Assembly (NCBI RefSeq): GCF_037042905.1
Contig: NC_087251.1
Span: 30,072,001 to 30,136,000, forward strand
Origin: Lytechinus pictus
Taxonomy: Eukaryota
DNA length: 64,000 nt
Reading direction: 5' to 3'
Under the pieces are notes generated by a model. That model made no database searches. It was not told where the DNA came from and was given only the letters and a program-made list of their open reading frames with translations. Below, one piece after another: positions 1 to 13,500 of this stretch. Made by a program: the position numbers and the translations under genes. The number at the start of each line of letters is the position of its first letter. Position 1 is the stretch's first letter.

Positions 1-2620
1 ACCCTTTCATCAGAGAGCAATTTGCCTCCTTCCATCTACCACCAGCTTTGGTCACCCTTTATAAAAGAGCAACTAGTCTCCTACCATCAACCACTAACAT
101 CGTCACCCTTTCATCAGAGAGCAATTAGTCTCCTTCCATCTACAACTAGCTTCGTCACCCTTTCATCAGAGGGCAATCAGTCTCCTTCCAACTACAACTA
201 GCTTCGTCATCCTTTCAACAGAGAGAGCAATTAGTCTCCTTTCATCTACCACTACCTTCGTCATCCTGTCATCAGAGAGCAATTAATCTCCTTCCATCTA
301 CAACTAGCTTCGTCATCCTTTGAACAGAGAGCAGTCTCCTGCCATCTACCACTAGTGTCTTCACCCTTCCATCAAAAAGCAACTAGTTTCTTTCCATCTG
401 CTTCCAGTTTCTTCACCCTGTCATCAGAGAGCAGTCTCCTTCCGTCTACCACTAACTTCGTCATATTTTCATCAGAGAGCAATTAGTCTCCTTCCATCTA
501 CAACTAGCACCGTCATCCTTTCAACAGAGAGAGCAATTAGGCTCCTATTAACCACTAGCTTCGTCACTCTTTCATCAGATAGTCTCCTTCCATCTACCAA
601 GAGATTCGTCACCCTTTCATCAGAGAGCAGCTAGTCTCCTTCATCAACTAGCGTCGTCACTAGTTAGAGCAAGTATTCTTTTTTCCATTTGCCACCAGTT
701 TCTTCACCCTTTCATCAGAGAGCAGTCCCCTTCCATCTACCACTACCTTCGTCACCATTTCATCAGAGAGCAATTATTCTCCTTCCATCTACAACTAGCT
801 TCATCACCCTTTCATCAGAGTGCAATTAATCTCCTTCCATCTACAACTAGCTTCGTCACCCTTTCATCAGAGAGCAATCAGTCTCCTTCCATCTACAACT
901 AGCTTCGTAATCCTTTCAACAGATAGAGCAATCAGTCTCTTTACATCTGCCACCAGTTTCTTCACCCTTTCATTAAAGAGCAGTCTCCTTCCATCTACAA
1001 CTAGCTTCGTCACCCTTTCATCAGAGAGCAATCAGTCTCCTTCCATCTACAACTAGCTTCGTCATCCTTTCAACAGAGAGAGCAATCAGTCTCCTTCCAT
1101 CTGCCACCAGTTTCTTCACTCTTTCATTAAAGAGCAGTCTCCTTCAGCAACTAGCTTCGTTACTATTTAGAGCAAGTAGTCTCTTTCTATCTGCCACCAG
1201 TTTCGTCACCCTTTCATTAGAGAGCAATCTCCTTCCATCTACCACTAACTTCGTCATCCTTTCATCAAAGAGCAAGTAGTCTCTTTCCATCTGCCACCAG
1301 TTTCTTCACCCTTTCATCAAAATACAGTCACCTTTCATCTACCACTAGTGTCTTCACCCTTCCATCAAAAGGCAACTTGTTTCTTTCCATCTGCTTCCAG
1401 TTTCTTCACCCTTTCATCAGAGAGCAGTCTCCTTCCATCTACCACTAACTTCTTCATACATTCATCAGATAGTCTCCTATCTACCAAGAGGTTTGTCACC
1501 CTTACATAAGAGAGCAGCTAGTCTCCTTCCATCTACCAAGAGGTTCGTCACCCTTTCATCAGAGAGCAGTCTCCTTTCATCTATCACTTATCAGAGTGCA
1601 ACTAGTCTCCTTCCATATACAACTAGCTTTGTCATCATTTCAACAGAGAGGGCAATTATTCTCCTTCCATCTACAACTAGCTTTGTCACCCTTTCATCAG
1701 AGAGCAATTTGCCTCCTTCCATCTACCACCAGCTTTGGTCACCATTTATAAAAGAGCAACTAGTCTCCTACCATCAACCACTAACATCGTCACCCTTTCA
1801 TCAGAGAGAAACTAGTCTGCTTTCATGTACCACTAGCTTGATAATCCTTTCATAAGAGAGCAATTGGTCTCCTTCCTCCTACAACTGGATTCGTCACCCT
1901 TTCATCAGAAAGCAGCTAGTCTTTTTCCATTTACCATTAGCTTCATCACCCTTTCATCGAAGAGCGACTAGACTTCATTCATCTACCACTAGCTTCGTCA
2001 CCCTTCTATCAGATATTCTCCTTCCTTCTACAACAAGCTTCGTCACCCTTTCCTAAGAACGCAACCTTCGTCATCCTTTTATAAGAGAGCAACTAGTCTC
2101 TTTCAGCCAAGCACTAGCTTCGTCACCCTTCCATCAAAGAGCAATTATTCTTCTTTCTTCTACAACTTGCTTCGTCACCGTTTCATCAGAGAGCAAATAG
2201 TCTCCATCCATCTACCACTACTTCCGTCACCCTTCCATCACAGAGCAGTCTCCTTCCATCTACCACTACCTTTGTCAACATTTCATCAAAGAGCAACTAG
2301 TCTCCTTCCATCTACCACTAGCTTCATCACTCTTTAATCACCGAGCAACAAGTCACATTTAACTACCACTATCTTCGTGAACACCCTTTTATTAGCAAGC
2401 AACAGATCATATTTATCTACCACATTCTTTGTGAACACCCTTTTATTAGCAAGCAAGTCTCATTTATCTACCACCGTCTTTGTGAACACCCTTTCATTAG
2501 CAAGCAACAAGTCTCATTTATCTACCGCCGCATTTGTGAACACCCTTTCATCAGCGAGCACCGGGCCTAATTTATCTACCGCCTTCTCTGTGAACACCCT
2601 TTCATCAGCGAGCTACACTT
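1..2620 (+). repeat. Minisatellite array, copy A (52-bp unit with 48- and 54-bp variants), truncated by window start
   Basis: Consensus ACTAGCTTCGTCACCCTTTCATCAGAGAGCAATTAGTCTCCTTCCATCTACA recurs throughout. The 48-bp variant reads STTSFVTLSSESSLLP. The last ~280 bp are a distinct GTGAACACCCTT subtype. Confidence 0.95.
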
Positions 2621-3229
2621 TGCATTATCTTCGACTCTCTATTCAACCAGCATAAGTTCTTCCACTTCTGATGATTTCACCCTTCCTCTCCATTTAAGGT
2701 AAGCAATGACGAATAATTTTGAATGATGATGCCAATTCCATTCCATTCTATAAAAAACCTTATTAAACGAGTATCAAGTATTAGGAAGAAAACAATAATA
2801 CATTTAAAGATCTTCCATAATTCCGCAATATACTAAGACTCCAATTTTAATGAGAATGTCCAATCATTGTCAATAATATGATACGTTGTTATAATAGTTT
2901 TCCCATGATTAAAAAAAAAAAAAAACTATATATATTATAAATTGCCCAGGCCAAGTTGAAACCAAATGCCTAAAAATGATTTGAGCATATGGGGAAACTG
3001 GTTTGAATGTAACCTTGGAAATTTTTAATGTTCTCTTAGTTTTTCTATTTTCTATTCAGGAGAGATCTTGTGAAAGAGCAATTGCTGATTATATGGCAAC
3101 GTTGACCGAGAGAGAACACTGGTGTACGGATAAGAGTGTCTGGATGATTCCAAGGACTGAATCAGTAACTCTGTGGTATATTTTCTCCCTTTTAAGACAG
3201 GAGGAGAATAAAGACAATGTTAATAAAAA

Positions 3230-5200
3230 TGATCGTTCCTATTTACCCAAGGTCGCCATTTCGCATAAGTATTTTAATTCGTAGTCTTCCTTTAGAGATT
3301 AGGCCATGAACCCACACAGGCAAACAGCTCCTAGTGGGACCACCTTGACATAGTTATGTCGTAGTTGACGCTCTTCCAGTGACTGGATGCATTTTTGTTA
3401 ACTAAGGAAACCACTTTAGCTGACGTTTGCGATCTTCTATCGACCCCTCTTAACGTATATATTGACTCTGATTTTTCTTAGTTTTACTGAACACCCAATA
3501 ACCATGCACTGTGTCCTGCGAACATGAAATGTTTTTATTTTTCTCATTCTCAGAAGCAGTGCGACTGATACAAAAAACAAAAGTTCAGCATATTTACTTG
3601 ATTAAATTTATCTTGATTAATTATGTAATCCAATTGTATTTCAGTCTTAATTTTTGATATGTATATGTTTTCTCTTTTCTAGATGCATTTTAATTATACG
3701 AATAATAACGATTCTTCTTTTCACAAAGGCAAATCACTTCAGCTGATATTGGTGATATCTGTTGGCACTTTTAACATTATTAACGACTTTTTCTTAGGTT
3801 AACCCTTTTAATGCTATTAGCGTTTTCAATAGGCCTTGTCAACGAGTGTATTGTGGACGACGCTTGATGATGACTCCTATTTCCTAGTTTACTAAAATCG
3901 TATTTAATTGTCGATCTTGAAGCGGCCATGTTAACTTCACATTTTATTGGATCTCTTCTAAAAAAAGGAGCGACTGAAAAGATGAAGAAAGCCACCTTTT
4001 AAAATTTACTCTTATCATGTTCAATTATATCTTTATGAAAAATTTGGTTTTTATCCTTGGTATGTAATTTGAGTGCATTTTTATAACTTCTGATCTATAT
4101 TCTCTTGCAGGTTTGCAACGTTCTAAACATGAATATTGATAATGTTTCTTTTTCTAGTTTTGTTTTGTTTTCCAGCGACCCTGATATCATTACCATTAAC
4201 AACTATTTTTTTCCACTTAGGGTAGCCATTTCAGGTTCATTGACGTTATTCATCCCCTTAACCTTTCTCAGTGCCCTTTTAACATGATATGATATTTCTT
4301 TTTCTTGTTTCAGAGCGGCTGATACAAAAACAAAAGTTCAATAGATTTATTGCAATTTATAATTGATTATTAGCGTAATCCAATGTATTTCCGATTCTTT
4401 ATTTCTTATATATATAAAAAAAATCTGAATGGGTGCATTTTAATAATGATACTTGTTCTTTTTTTACTTTTTTTTTACTAAAAGAAACATCTTCCGCTGG
4501 TGGGTTTTTATTGGCCCTGCTGAAATCGGTAATGACTTTTATTTTTTCTAGAGGTAGCTATTTCAGCTTTTATTGGTAGCTATAAGAGGTCTTACCCATA
4601 TTTCCTAGTGTAGCAGATCCGGCTTTAAATGATGTCTGCAACGGCCACGCTAACATGTTATTGTTTCTATTCTTCCATTCCAGAAAACAGAGCGGCTGCA
4701 TGAAGGGAAAATACAATTTCAAATTTGAAATATATTTATCAAATGTTTGTTTTATTTTTTTATCCATGGCATTTCATTTTCGTTACTTGTAGCTTATGAT
4801 CTTTATTATCTTTTCAGGCTTGATACGTTTTAAACATTTACGGTTCTCATTTATTTGTCCAGGTTAGCCAGTTCAGCTTTAACTAGTGGTTTTCCAGAGC
4901 ATTCGCTGTCATTGCCATCAAAATGATTAACATAACAGTAACTCTTGATTTACATTGGGCAGCCACTTCAGCTTATATTGGCGGTCTTCCCTTAGCCTTA
5001 CCAACACAACGGGTTATAATATTCCTTAAGCCGGCCTCTTATCTTCCTAAGGTAGCCAGCCTCTTTAGAAATTTTTATTGGTGGTATTTCAGTGTACCCA
5101 GCTATTAGACATATGTTTTATCCCCTTCCTTCATTCTCACAAGCAGAGTAGCTGATACAAAGACAGAAAGTTCCATTAAACAAAAATATTTGTGGTATGG
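3230..5200 (+). repeat. Ancient degenerate intronic repeat (AGGGTAGCCACTTCAGC subunits within ~350-450-bp higher-order units)
   Basis: Motif variants near 3249, 3404, 3726, 4217, 4549, 4859, 4956 and 5047. Second motif AGAGCGGCTGATACAAA near 3551, 3968, 4311, 4688 and 5143. Confidence 0.7.
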
Positions 5201-6321
5201 ACTAAAGAATATGAATACTGGCTTGGGATTCTCGGGATCTGAGACTGCGGCCCGCGGATCATTTTTGTGCGACCCGCCAAAATTTTCAAGGTGATTAAGT
5301 TTTATAAACTTTGAATTTAGTTAGGTAGTGCTTTCATTTATGTTTATTTATTTACCACTCGTGGGATTGAACACCCTTTCAGCAAATTATGCTTCTTTTC
5401 CCCCAAATAATTTTTGTACTGTAGCGTGTTTTTTTATGTTAGAGAAGGTTCTTTTACTTATCCAAACTTTTTTTCTTTAAGCTTGTATGCCTAGTTTAGA
5501 TCGTGCCAATAAATCTTGGAGAACTAGAATTCCTTTCATTCTGACTTTATAAAACTTGACCAACAAAATACAAAGTGAAACGACAAGGGATATTTTATAT
5601 TTGTCTATCTCCATTATAACGATTATCATGATTATGTTCTTTAAAACTATATAGACAATGCTATCTTCACTCTATGTTTTGCGGGTGTATAGGTGGGGGG
5701 GGGGGCGGGATTGGCGTCTCTCAGAGGTTCTTTGATAAAAAAAAAAAGAAAACGGATAATAAACGGATAAAATGAAAGAAAATAAAGTCCAGTCCAATGG
5801 TGAAATTTGATATTAGTTTATGAATAGGCCTATGTGTCATAATATATCACAAAATTATGTTTTGATTTTAAAACTTCAAAATATTTGTATTCTTAACTAT
5901 TGGGAATTTTTATCCCGCTTGATGTATCCTGTCTCTCTATTTTGCAACCAAAGATCAACTGCTATTTGACCAGGACCCATATTCATAAAACCTTAAATGT
6001 ATAAATCACCCAATTGTGTATTAATTTCTATGTGATTTGTGATATGTATTTATTATTGTACCGGTATTCATATTTATTAATATTCTGGTTTTTATCTCTC
6101 TTATTTATTCTTACAGTTTTTACGGAATTGGAATTCTCAAGTAATCTGGAAGTTGTTTCAACATTTGGACATGGAGATGGAATAAAAAGTATCATGCACG
6201 TTTTCACATCAAAGACTCAATTCGCGTAGAAGTTTGTTTTCTGATTTATTCATCGTTGACTTCACTACAGCCACAATGCCACACCTCCAACGATGACATT
6301 GAGAAATATCTCCAACAAGAC

Positions 6322-6625
6322 TTGATCAATTGAGAATGCTGCAATGTGATAGATTCTTACTAAATGCCTTATATCAATTTTTCCTATTGGATCGTGGACA
6401 CGAAGAAAAAAGAACATTCGATAACATTCTTGGCGATCCATTCTGATCTTCATACATTTGAATATCACTAGGATTGATCAATTGAGAATGCTGCAATGTG
6501 ATAGATTCTTACTAAATGCCTTATATCAATTTTTCCTATTGGATCGTGGACACGAAGAAAAAAGAACATTCGATAACATTCTTGGCGATCCATTCTGATC
6601 TTCATACATTTGAATATCACTAGGA
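6322..6625 (+). repeat. Perfect 152-bp tandem duplication inside the last exon of copy A
   Basis: 6322-6473 equals 6474-6625. The paralog (about 19541-19693) has a single copy. Confidence 0.95.
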
Positions 6626-7338
6626 AGAACTCCAGTCGCAGAATCAGTTTACAATATTCTTGGACAGATCTCTATAATTTTCTTCTGCGGACTAGTCACA
6701 ATTTTTCAAGGCAGAACTTCGCTGAGACTAATCCGAACCTTACGGGAGGTTTGTTGATGGGTCTCTCGACGGTTGTTCTCCTCTTGATCTATAAATTTGA
6801 ACTTGGTAATATCGGGAATATCAGCGGACAGAAACATGATTGTGGAGCTGTGGATTAATATTTTATCACTGGATCTTCAAATAAATATTTGTTTGGAGCT
6901 GAAATCTTGTTGCTGTGAGCGTGGATGCATGACGATATCAAAGAGAGGACAGATGTCAGACTGAACATTTGTATGAGTGAGTCCATTTTACCCCTAGAAC
7001 AACGCGGCAATATCACTTAATGATCTTATTGAAACTTTGACATTTATGGATATGGGTTACGGTTTAGTTTTAGTGCCAGGATTGTAGAGTAAGTTAATTA
7101 GACAAAATGATAGGGTCCCAATAGGAGCCTGACCGAAGCTTGATCTTAGCCCATCTCCTTAAATGTTATTGTGTCATATCAAGAAGATTGCTCTGTTGTC
7201 ACCTACGGGTAATCAAATAAATTTGAATATTTCGTACCGAAAGCTTTACAACTTTTTTTTCAAAGAAAAATGTTGTAAGGCTTTTCTCCAACAAATCTCG
7301 TTGAATTGTTCGTTAGCTCGGAAGCGCGTACTTTCTTA

Positions 7339-7667
7339 CAGGGGCGGTTCCGAAGGGAGGGGCAGGCCTTGCCCGTAAGATGATTTTTGTTTTATTTAAT
7401 GAAACAAAACACAAGAGTAGATTAAGGGGCTTTGACAATCGCTCTTGCGATCGTTTGCGATCATTTTGTCATAATATATATTGCACACAATCGCAACGGT
7501 TGTAAGCAGTCTCACCAGCAATTGTGAAAGAGGCTTTGAAAAAAAAACCGAATATAGAAAGAAAATGTCAATTTAACTCTATAAGGCCCCTATTGTTCAA
7601 TTGAAAAAAAAATAAACTTACGTCAACTTTCGGTCGTCTTACCTCCTATACACTGGCACCGCCCCTG
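7339..7667. mobile_element. MITE with CAGGGGCGGT termini (paralog 20417-20742)
   Basis: CAGGGGCGGTTCC ... GGCACCGCCCCTG inverted ends. No clear TSD. Confidence 0.6.
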
Positions 7668-8159
7668 GGTAATATATGCTTTTTTATACCAAGATTTTTG
7701 GCATGTGAAATTATCGTAGAAAGCATTTAACGATATTCGGTATTCGATTCGGGCGTTAATCGGTTTCGCATCCGAAAGACATAGACATCACGTATGCCGT
7801 CGTAGGAATACGTATATTTACAAGGTGAGATATATTTCATTTTTGGGGGGTTGTCTCTATGATGATTTTATTCGTTTGATTGATTTTTGGGCATTTTGCT
7901 GCCCAATGCACTACACAGTGTAGAAGGAACCAAGTGCTAAGTAAGTAATTTTGTACACTTTTGTATTATGGTATGCCAATTATATTCCTAATTTTCTAAA
8001 TTTCCATACAATTTCTACTCCACTTATCATAAAGTATGCCCCAGTGCAAAGTCCCATAACGGAGTTGTTAACCCAAGGAGTATTATTTCCCTAGGTAATC
8101 CTCACTATTCAGTCTATTGTGAGTGAGAATCGATGATTCATATTCAATATTAGGCCTAT

Positions 8160-9085
8160 CGATGTAGAAAGTGGCAAAGAGTAGTGGACTGTTTCCACTC
8201 CAGAAGAAGAAAAAGAAGAACAACAAGAAGAACAAGAAGAAAGGTCTATATTCAGTTAAATGGTGGATAAGGACAAGAATGGTTTAGAATTTAATTTCTT
8301 CCTACATTTAGGTCTCATCTTAATATGCTCAGATTTATTTCCTAATTCCTGTTCGACAGAATAACAAGTCCCATGCACGTGATATCGTAATAGATATAGA
8401 CATCGTTACAATTATGGACCCCATTGAAGAATATGATTGTCGTGTTGACAAAGCTTAATATGGGTTATCCATCCGTTTTATAATTTTGTTTTTATACGTA
8501 AAATAAATACTATACTATTGTAGTTACTCAGAGAATCGTGTATTCTAGGTAGGAAAGGCCTATATGCGCTTACAAAAGTAAATTGATAACAATCAGAGAC
8601 TGGTAGACATAGCTGAAACAGAAGGAGGGGGGGGGGGTAACAGTCACGAAAATGTGTACCGGATGATGGTGATGATGATGATGATTATAGTGATGAAATT
8701 ATTGATAAAGAAAGTGGCAGATAGCACTGTACTGTTTCCAACTCAGAAGATGAAGAAGAAAAAGAAGGAGAAGGAAAAGAAAAAGACGAAGAAAAGTCTA
8801 TATTAATAGTTAAATGATGGATAAAGACAAGAATGGTTTAGAATTCAATTTCCGTAAATTGATAACAATCAGAGACTGGTAGACATAGCTGAAACAGAAG
8901 GAGGGGGGGGGGGTAAAAGTAACGAAAATGTGTACCGGATGATGGTGATGATGATTCTTATAGTGATGAAATTATTTAATATAGAAAATGGCAAATAACA
9001 CTACAGTTTCCAACTCAGAAGAAGAAGTCTATATTCATAGTTAAATGATGGATAAAGACAGAATGGTTTAGAATTTAATTTTTCG
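8160..9085 (+). repeat. Intronic local duplications with GAA/GAT microsatellites
   Basis: GTAAATTGATAACAATCAGAGACTGG... occurs at about 8578 and 8854 but only once in the paralog at 21656. The module ...CAAGAATGGTTTAGAATT occurs three times. Confidence 0.85.
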
Positions 9086-10574
9086 TACAATTGTAAAGAT
9101 ATAACGGTGTAATATTAACGTTGATTGTAAATATTGTAAAATAAAAAAAATGTCACATTGAATGTTTTATATTCTAGATCTACTGCATAATCTCGTATAG
9201 AAATCATTATCAAAATCGAGCTTTTTCATTAGCATGGATGTTTGTGTTTATGTTTCAGGACTGTATGGAATGTCCCAAATAATTACGCAACACTGGCTTC
9301 CAAACCTCATGTGATCAAAGTGCTGCACGAGTTATTTACCGGGAGATATGATATCACTTCATGATTTTACTGAAACTATGAATTTTATCGAGCTGGTTTG
9401 TAAAGCGATGTTTAATGCTCGGATTGGAAGGAAAATCTATACATTTAAGTCTCCAGTAGGTGCCTGACTAAACTAGTTTGTAAAATTCATAATTTCATCT
9501 CGAGACGATTGCTGCATAGTCACTAAAGGTGACTTAATTTAACGTGACTGTGGTAGTTAGACTGTTTCGAAAACCAGTTTAGGTTGCGCCTAATTAACAA
9601 TCGTTTAGATTTTTGCCTTCTTGACGTTCTACTTTCGTTCGGCCGCTCCTCATACATTCGCTAAGTCTCTCGTACGTTCGTTTGCTTCTTGCGATATATC
9701 ATCATGCTCAGATTATAAAAGCATCGTTTGAATGATCGCGGTAAGTCTTATTTCATCTGAACTCTTTTAAAAATTCTTCTATACATATCGATTACTGGCA
9801 TAAGTGTATATCTTATCATTCGTTATTGAATTAGGTGTAATTCAAATGTTGTAATTTTGGTTTGATATTTCGATTCAGATTCACACTACCATGCATTTAA
9901 TAAAGTGATGGAGACATAGTTTTGAGCAAAATTACCGCTAATTTATTTTAGAGCTATGAAGGGGCTTTAGATTAATTATGTATATGCAAAGGATAACATT
10001 GCTGATCATAATCAAACTGGCAGCAACATTGGTTTGATATATTTCTACTGATAGATTTAGTTCATAAATATAAATAACAAAGTAGGATGATTGTGTGACA
10101 ACAACCATAAAGCTTGTTTTATATTCTAGATCTATTTATGTATTATTACATGCCAAACAATCGTCACAACAAGATATTGTATTTTCTCGTTTATGTTGTA
10201 GGTCTGAAAGCGGAATACACCTCCACGCAGGTTTAAAGAGAAACTTCTGCAACCATGTCGACTAGGAAGAATCTCATGAATATATACCTAGCTCTGCGAG
10301 AGTCGCAAGTCTGTGGGACAATTATTCAGCAATTATACAACAATTATACAGCAATATGGTGGCAAGCCAATACGACTGAACAATGAACATTTTGTCACAT
10401 CCTTAAAGAGGAATGGATTTGAATGTTTTAAAATAGTTTTATGATCTCCTTGTAGAGTATATGGTTGTAATGATGTTGTAAAGTAAGATTTTTTGAAAGC
10501 ATGGATATAATATAATGTGTGTTTTATCCAATATATTTTTAATATCGTGATCTTAGTTACTTTCGTCAAGTTCA

Positions 10575-13500
10575 GAAAGCAACCAGTCTCCTCCATCTAT
10601 AACTAGCTTCGTCACCCTTTCATCAGAGAGCAATTAGTCTCCTTCCATCCAAAACTAACTTCGTCATCCTTTCATCAGAAAGACGACTCCTCTATCTACC
10701 ACTAGCTTCGTCACCATTTCATCAGAGAGCAGTCTCCTTCCTTCTACCACTAATGTATTCACCCTTTCATTAGAGAGCAACTAGTCTCCTTCCATCTACC
10801 ACTATCTTCTTCACCCTTTCATCAGAACGCAACCTTCGTCACCCTGTCCTAATAGAGCAACTAGTCCCCTTCCATCTACCACCGGCTTTGCCACCCTTTC
10901 ATCAGAGAGCAACTAGTCTCCTTCAATCCACAACTAGCTTCGTCATCCTTTCAACAGAGAGAGCAATCAGTCTACTTCCATCTGCCACCAGTTTCTTCAC
11001 CCTTTCATCAGAAAGCAGTCTCCTTCCTTCTACCACTAATGTATTCACCCTTCTGTCAGATAGCAACTAGTATTCATTCATCTAACATTACCTTCGTCAC
11101 CCTTTCATCAGATAGTCTCATTCCATCTACCAAGAGGACCGTCACCCTTTCATCAGAGAGCAACTAGTCTCCTTCAGTAACTAGCTTCGTTACTATTTAG
11201 AGCAAGTAGTCTCTTTCCATCTACTACCAGTTTCTTCACCCTTTCATCAGAGAGCAATCTCCTTCCATCTACCACTAACTTCGTCATCCTTTCATCAAAG
11301 AGCAAGTAGTCTCTTTCCATCTGCCACCAGTTTCTTCACTCTTTCATCAAAATACAGTCACCTTTCATCTACCACTAGTGTCTTCACCCTTCCATCAAAA
11401 GGCAACTTGTTTCTTTCCATCTGCTTCCAGTTTCTTCACCCTTTCATCAGAGAGCAGTCTCCTTCCATCTACCACTAACTTCTTCATACTTTCATCAGAT
11501 AGTCTCCTATCTACCAAGAGGTTTGTCACCCTTACATAAGAGAGCAGCTAGTCTCCTTCCATCTACCAAGAGGTTCGTCACCCTTTCAACAGAGAGCAAC
11601 TAGTCTCCTTCATCAACTAGCGTCGTCACTAGTTAGAGCAAGTAGTCTTTTTTTCATTTGCCACCAGTTTCTTCACCCTTTCATCAGAGAGCAGTCTCCT
11701 TTCATCTACCACTACATTCGTCACCCTTTCATCAGAGAGCAATTAGTCTCCTTCCATCTACAACTAGCTTCGTCACCCTTTCATCAGAGGGCAATCAGTC
11801 TCCTTCCATCTACAACTAGCTTCGTCATCCTTTCAACAGAGAGATCAATTAGTCTCCTTTCATCTACCACTACCTTCGTCATCCTGTCATCAGAGAGCAA
11901 TTAATCTCCTTCCATCTACAACTAGCTTCGTCATCCTTTGAACAGAGAGCAGTCTCCTGCCATCTACCACTAGTGTCTTCACCCTTCCATCAAAAAGCAA
12001 CAAGTTTCTTTCCATCTGCTTCCAGTTTCTTCACCCTGTCATCAGAGAGCAGTCTCCTTCCGTCTACCACTAACTTCGTCATATTTTCATCAGAGAGCAA
12101 TTAGTCTCCTTCCAGCTACAACTAGCCCCGTCATCCTTTCAACAGAGAGAGCAATTAGTCTCCTATTAACCACTAGCTTCGTCACTCTTTCATCAGATAG
12201 TCTCCTTCCATCTACCAAGAGATTCGTCACCCTTTCATCAGAGAGCGGCTAGTCTCCTTCATCAACTAGCGTCGTCACTAGTTAGAGCAAGTATTCTTTT
12301 TTCCATTTGCCACCAGTTTCTTCACCCTTTCATCAGAGAGCAGTCCCCTTCCATCTACCACAACCTTCGTCACCATTTCATCAGAGAGCAATCAGTCTCC
12401 TTCCATCTACAACTAGTTTCGTCATCCTTTCAACAGAGAGAGCAATCAGTCTCCTTCCATCTGCCATCAGTATCTTCACTCTATCATTAAAGAGCAGTCT
12501 CCTTCAGCAACTAGCTTCGTTACTATTTAGAGCAAGTAGTCTCTTTCCATCTGCCACCAGTTTCGTCACCCTTTCATCAGAGAGCAATCTCCTTCCATCT
12601 ACCACTAACTTCGTCATCCTTTCATTAAAGAGCAAGTAGTCTCTTTCCATCTGCCACCAGTTTCGTCACCCTTTCATCAGAGAGCAATCTCCTTCCATCT
12701 ACCACTAACTTCGTCATCCTTTCATTAAAGAGCAAGTAGTCTCTTTCCATCTGCCACCAGTTTCTTCACCCTTTCATCAAAATACAGTCACCTTTCATCT
12801 ACCACTAGTGTCTTCACCCTTCCATCAAAAGGCAACTTGTTTCTTTTTATCTGCTTCCAGTTTCTTCACCCTTTCATCAGAGAGCAGTCTCCTTCCATCT
12901 ACCACTAACTTCTTCATACTTTCATCAGAGAGCAGCTAGTCTCCTTCCATCTACCAAGAGGTTCGTCACCCTTTCATCAGAGAGCAGTCTCCTTTCATCT
13001 ATCACTTATCAGAGTGCAACTAGTCTCCTTCCATATACAACTAGCTTTGTCATCATTTCAACAGAGAGGGCAATTATTCTCCTTCCATCTACAACTAGCT
13101 TTGTCACCCTTTCATCAGAGAGCAATTTGCCTCCTTCCATCTACCACCAGCTTTGGTCACCCTTTATAAAAGAGCAACTAGTCTCCTACCATCAACCACT
13201 AACATCGTCACCCTTTCATCAGAGAGCAATTAGTCTCCTTCCATCTACAACTAGCTTCGTCACCCTTTCATCAGAGGGCAATCAGTCTCCTTCCATCTAC
13301 AACTAGCTTCGTCATCCTTTCAACAGAGAGAGCAATTAGTCTCCTTTCATCTACCACTACCTTCGTCATCCTGTCATCAGAGAGCAATTAATCTCCTTCC
13401 ATCTACAACTAGCTTCGTCATCCTTTGAACAGAGAGCAGTCTCCTGCCATCTACCACTAGTGTCTTCACCCTTCCATCAAAAAGCAACTAGTTTCTTTCC

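Larger units (their letters stand above)
1..7020 (+). pseudogene. Copy A (3' part) of a decayed receptor-like gene: repeat exon (donor after 2698), exon 3060-3175, last exon from 6117
   Basis: Splice sites AAG|GTAAG at 2698/2699, TTCAG|GAG at 3059/3060, TG|GTATAT at 3175/3176 and TTACAG|T at 6116/6117. Exon 3060-3175 is open (ERSCERAIADYMATLTEREHWCTDKSVWMIPRTESVTL) and joins the last exon in phase 2. The last exon has several stops. Confidence 0.55.

Noticed and set aside
1..2340. Hammerhead ribozyme or C/D-box array on the minus strand (each unit has CTGATGA...CGAAG)
   Set aside because: The spacer AAGGGTGAC cannot form stem II, GAAA is absent (GAAG), and no stem I/III or terminal C/D pairing is evident.
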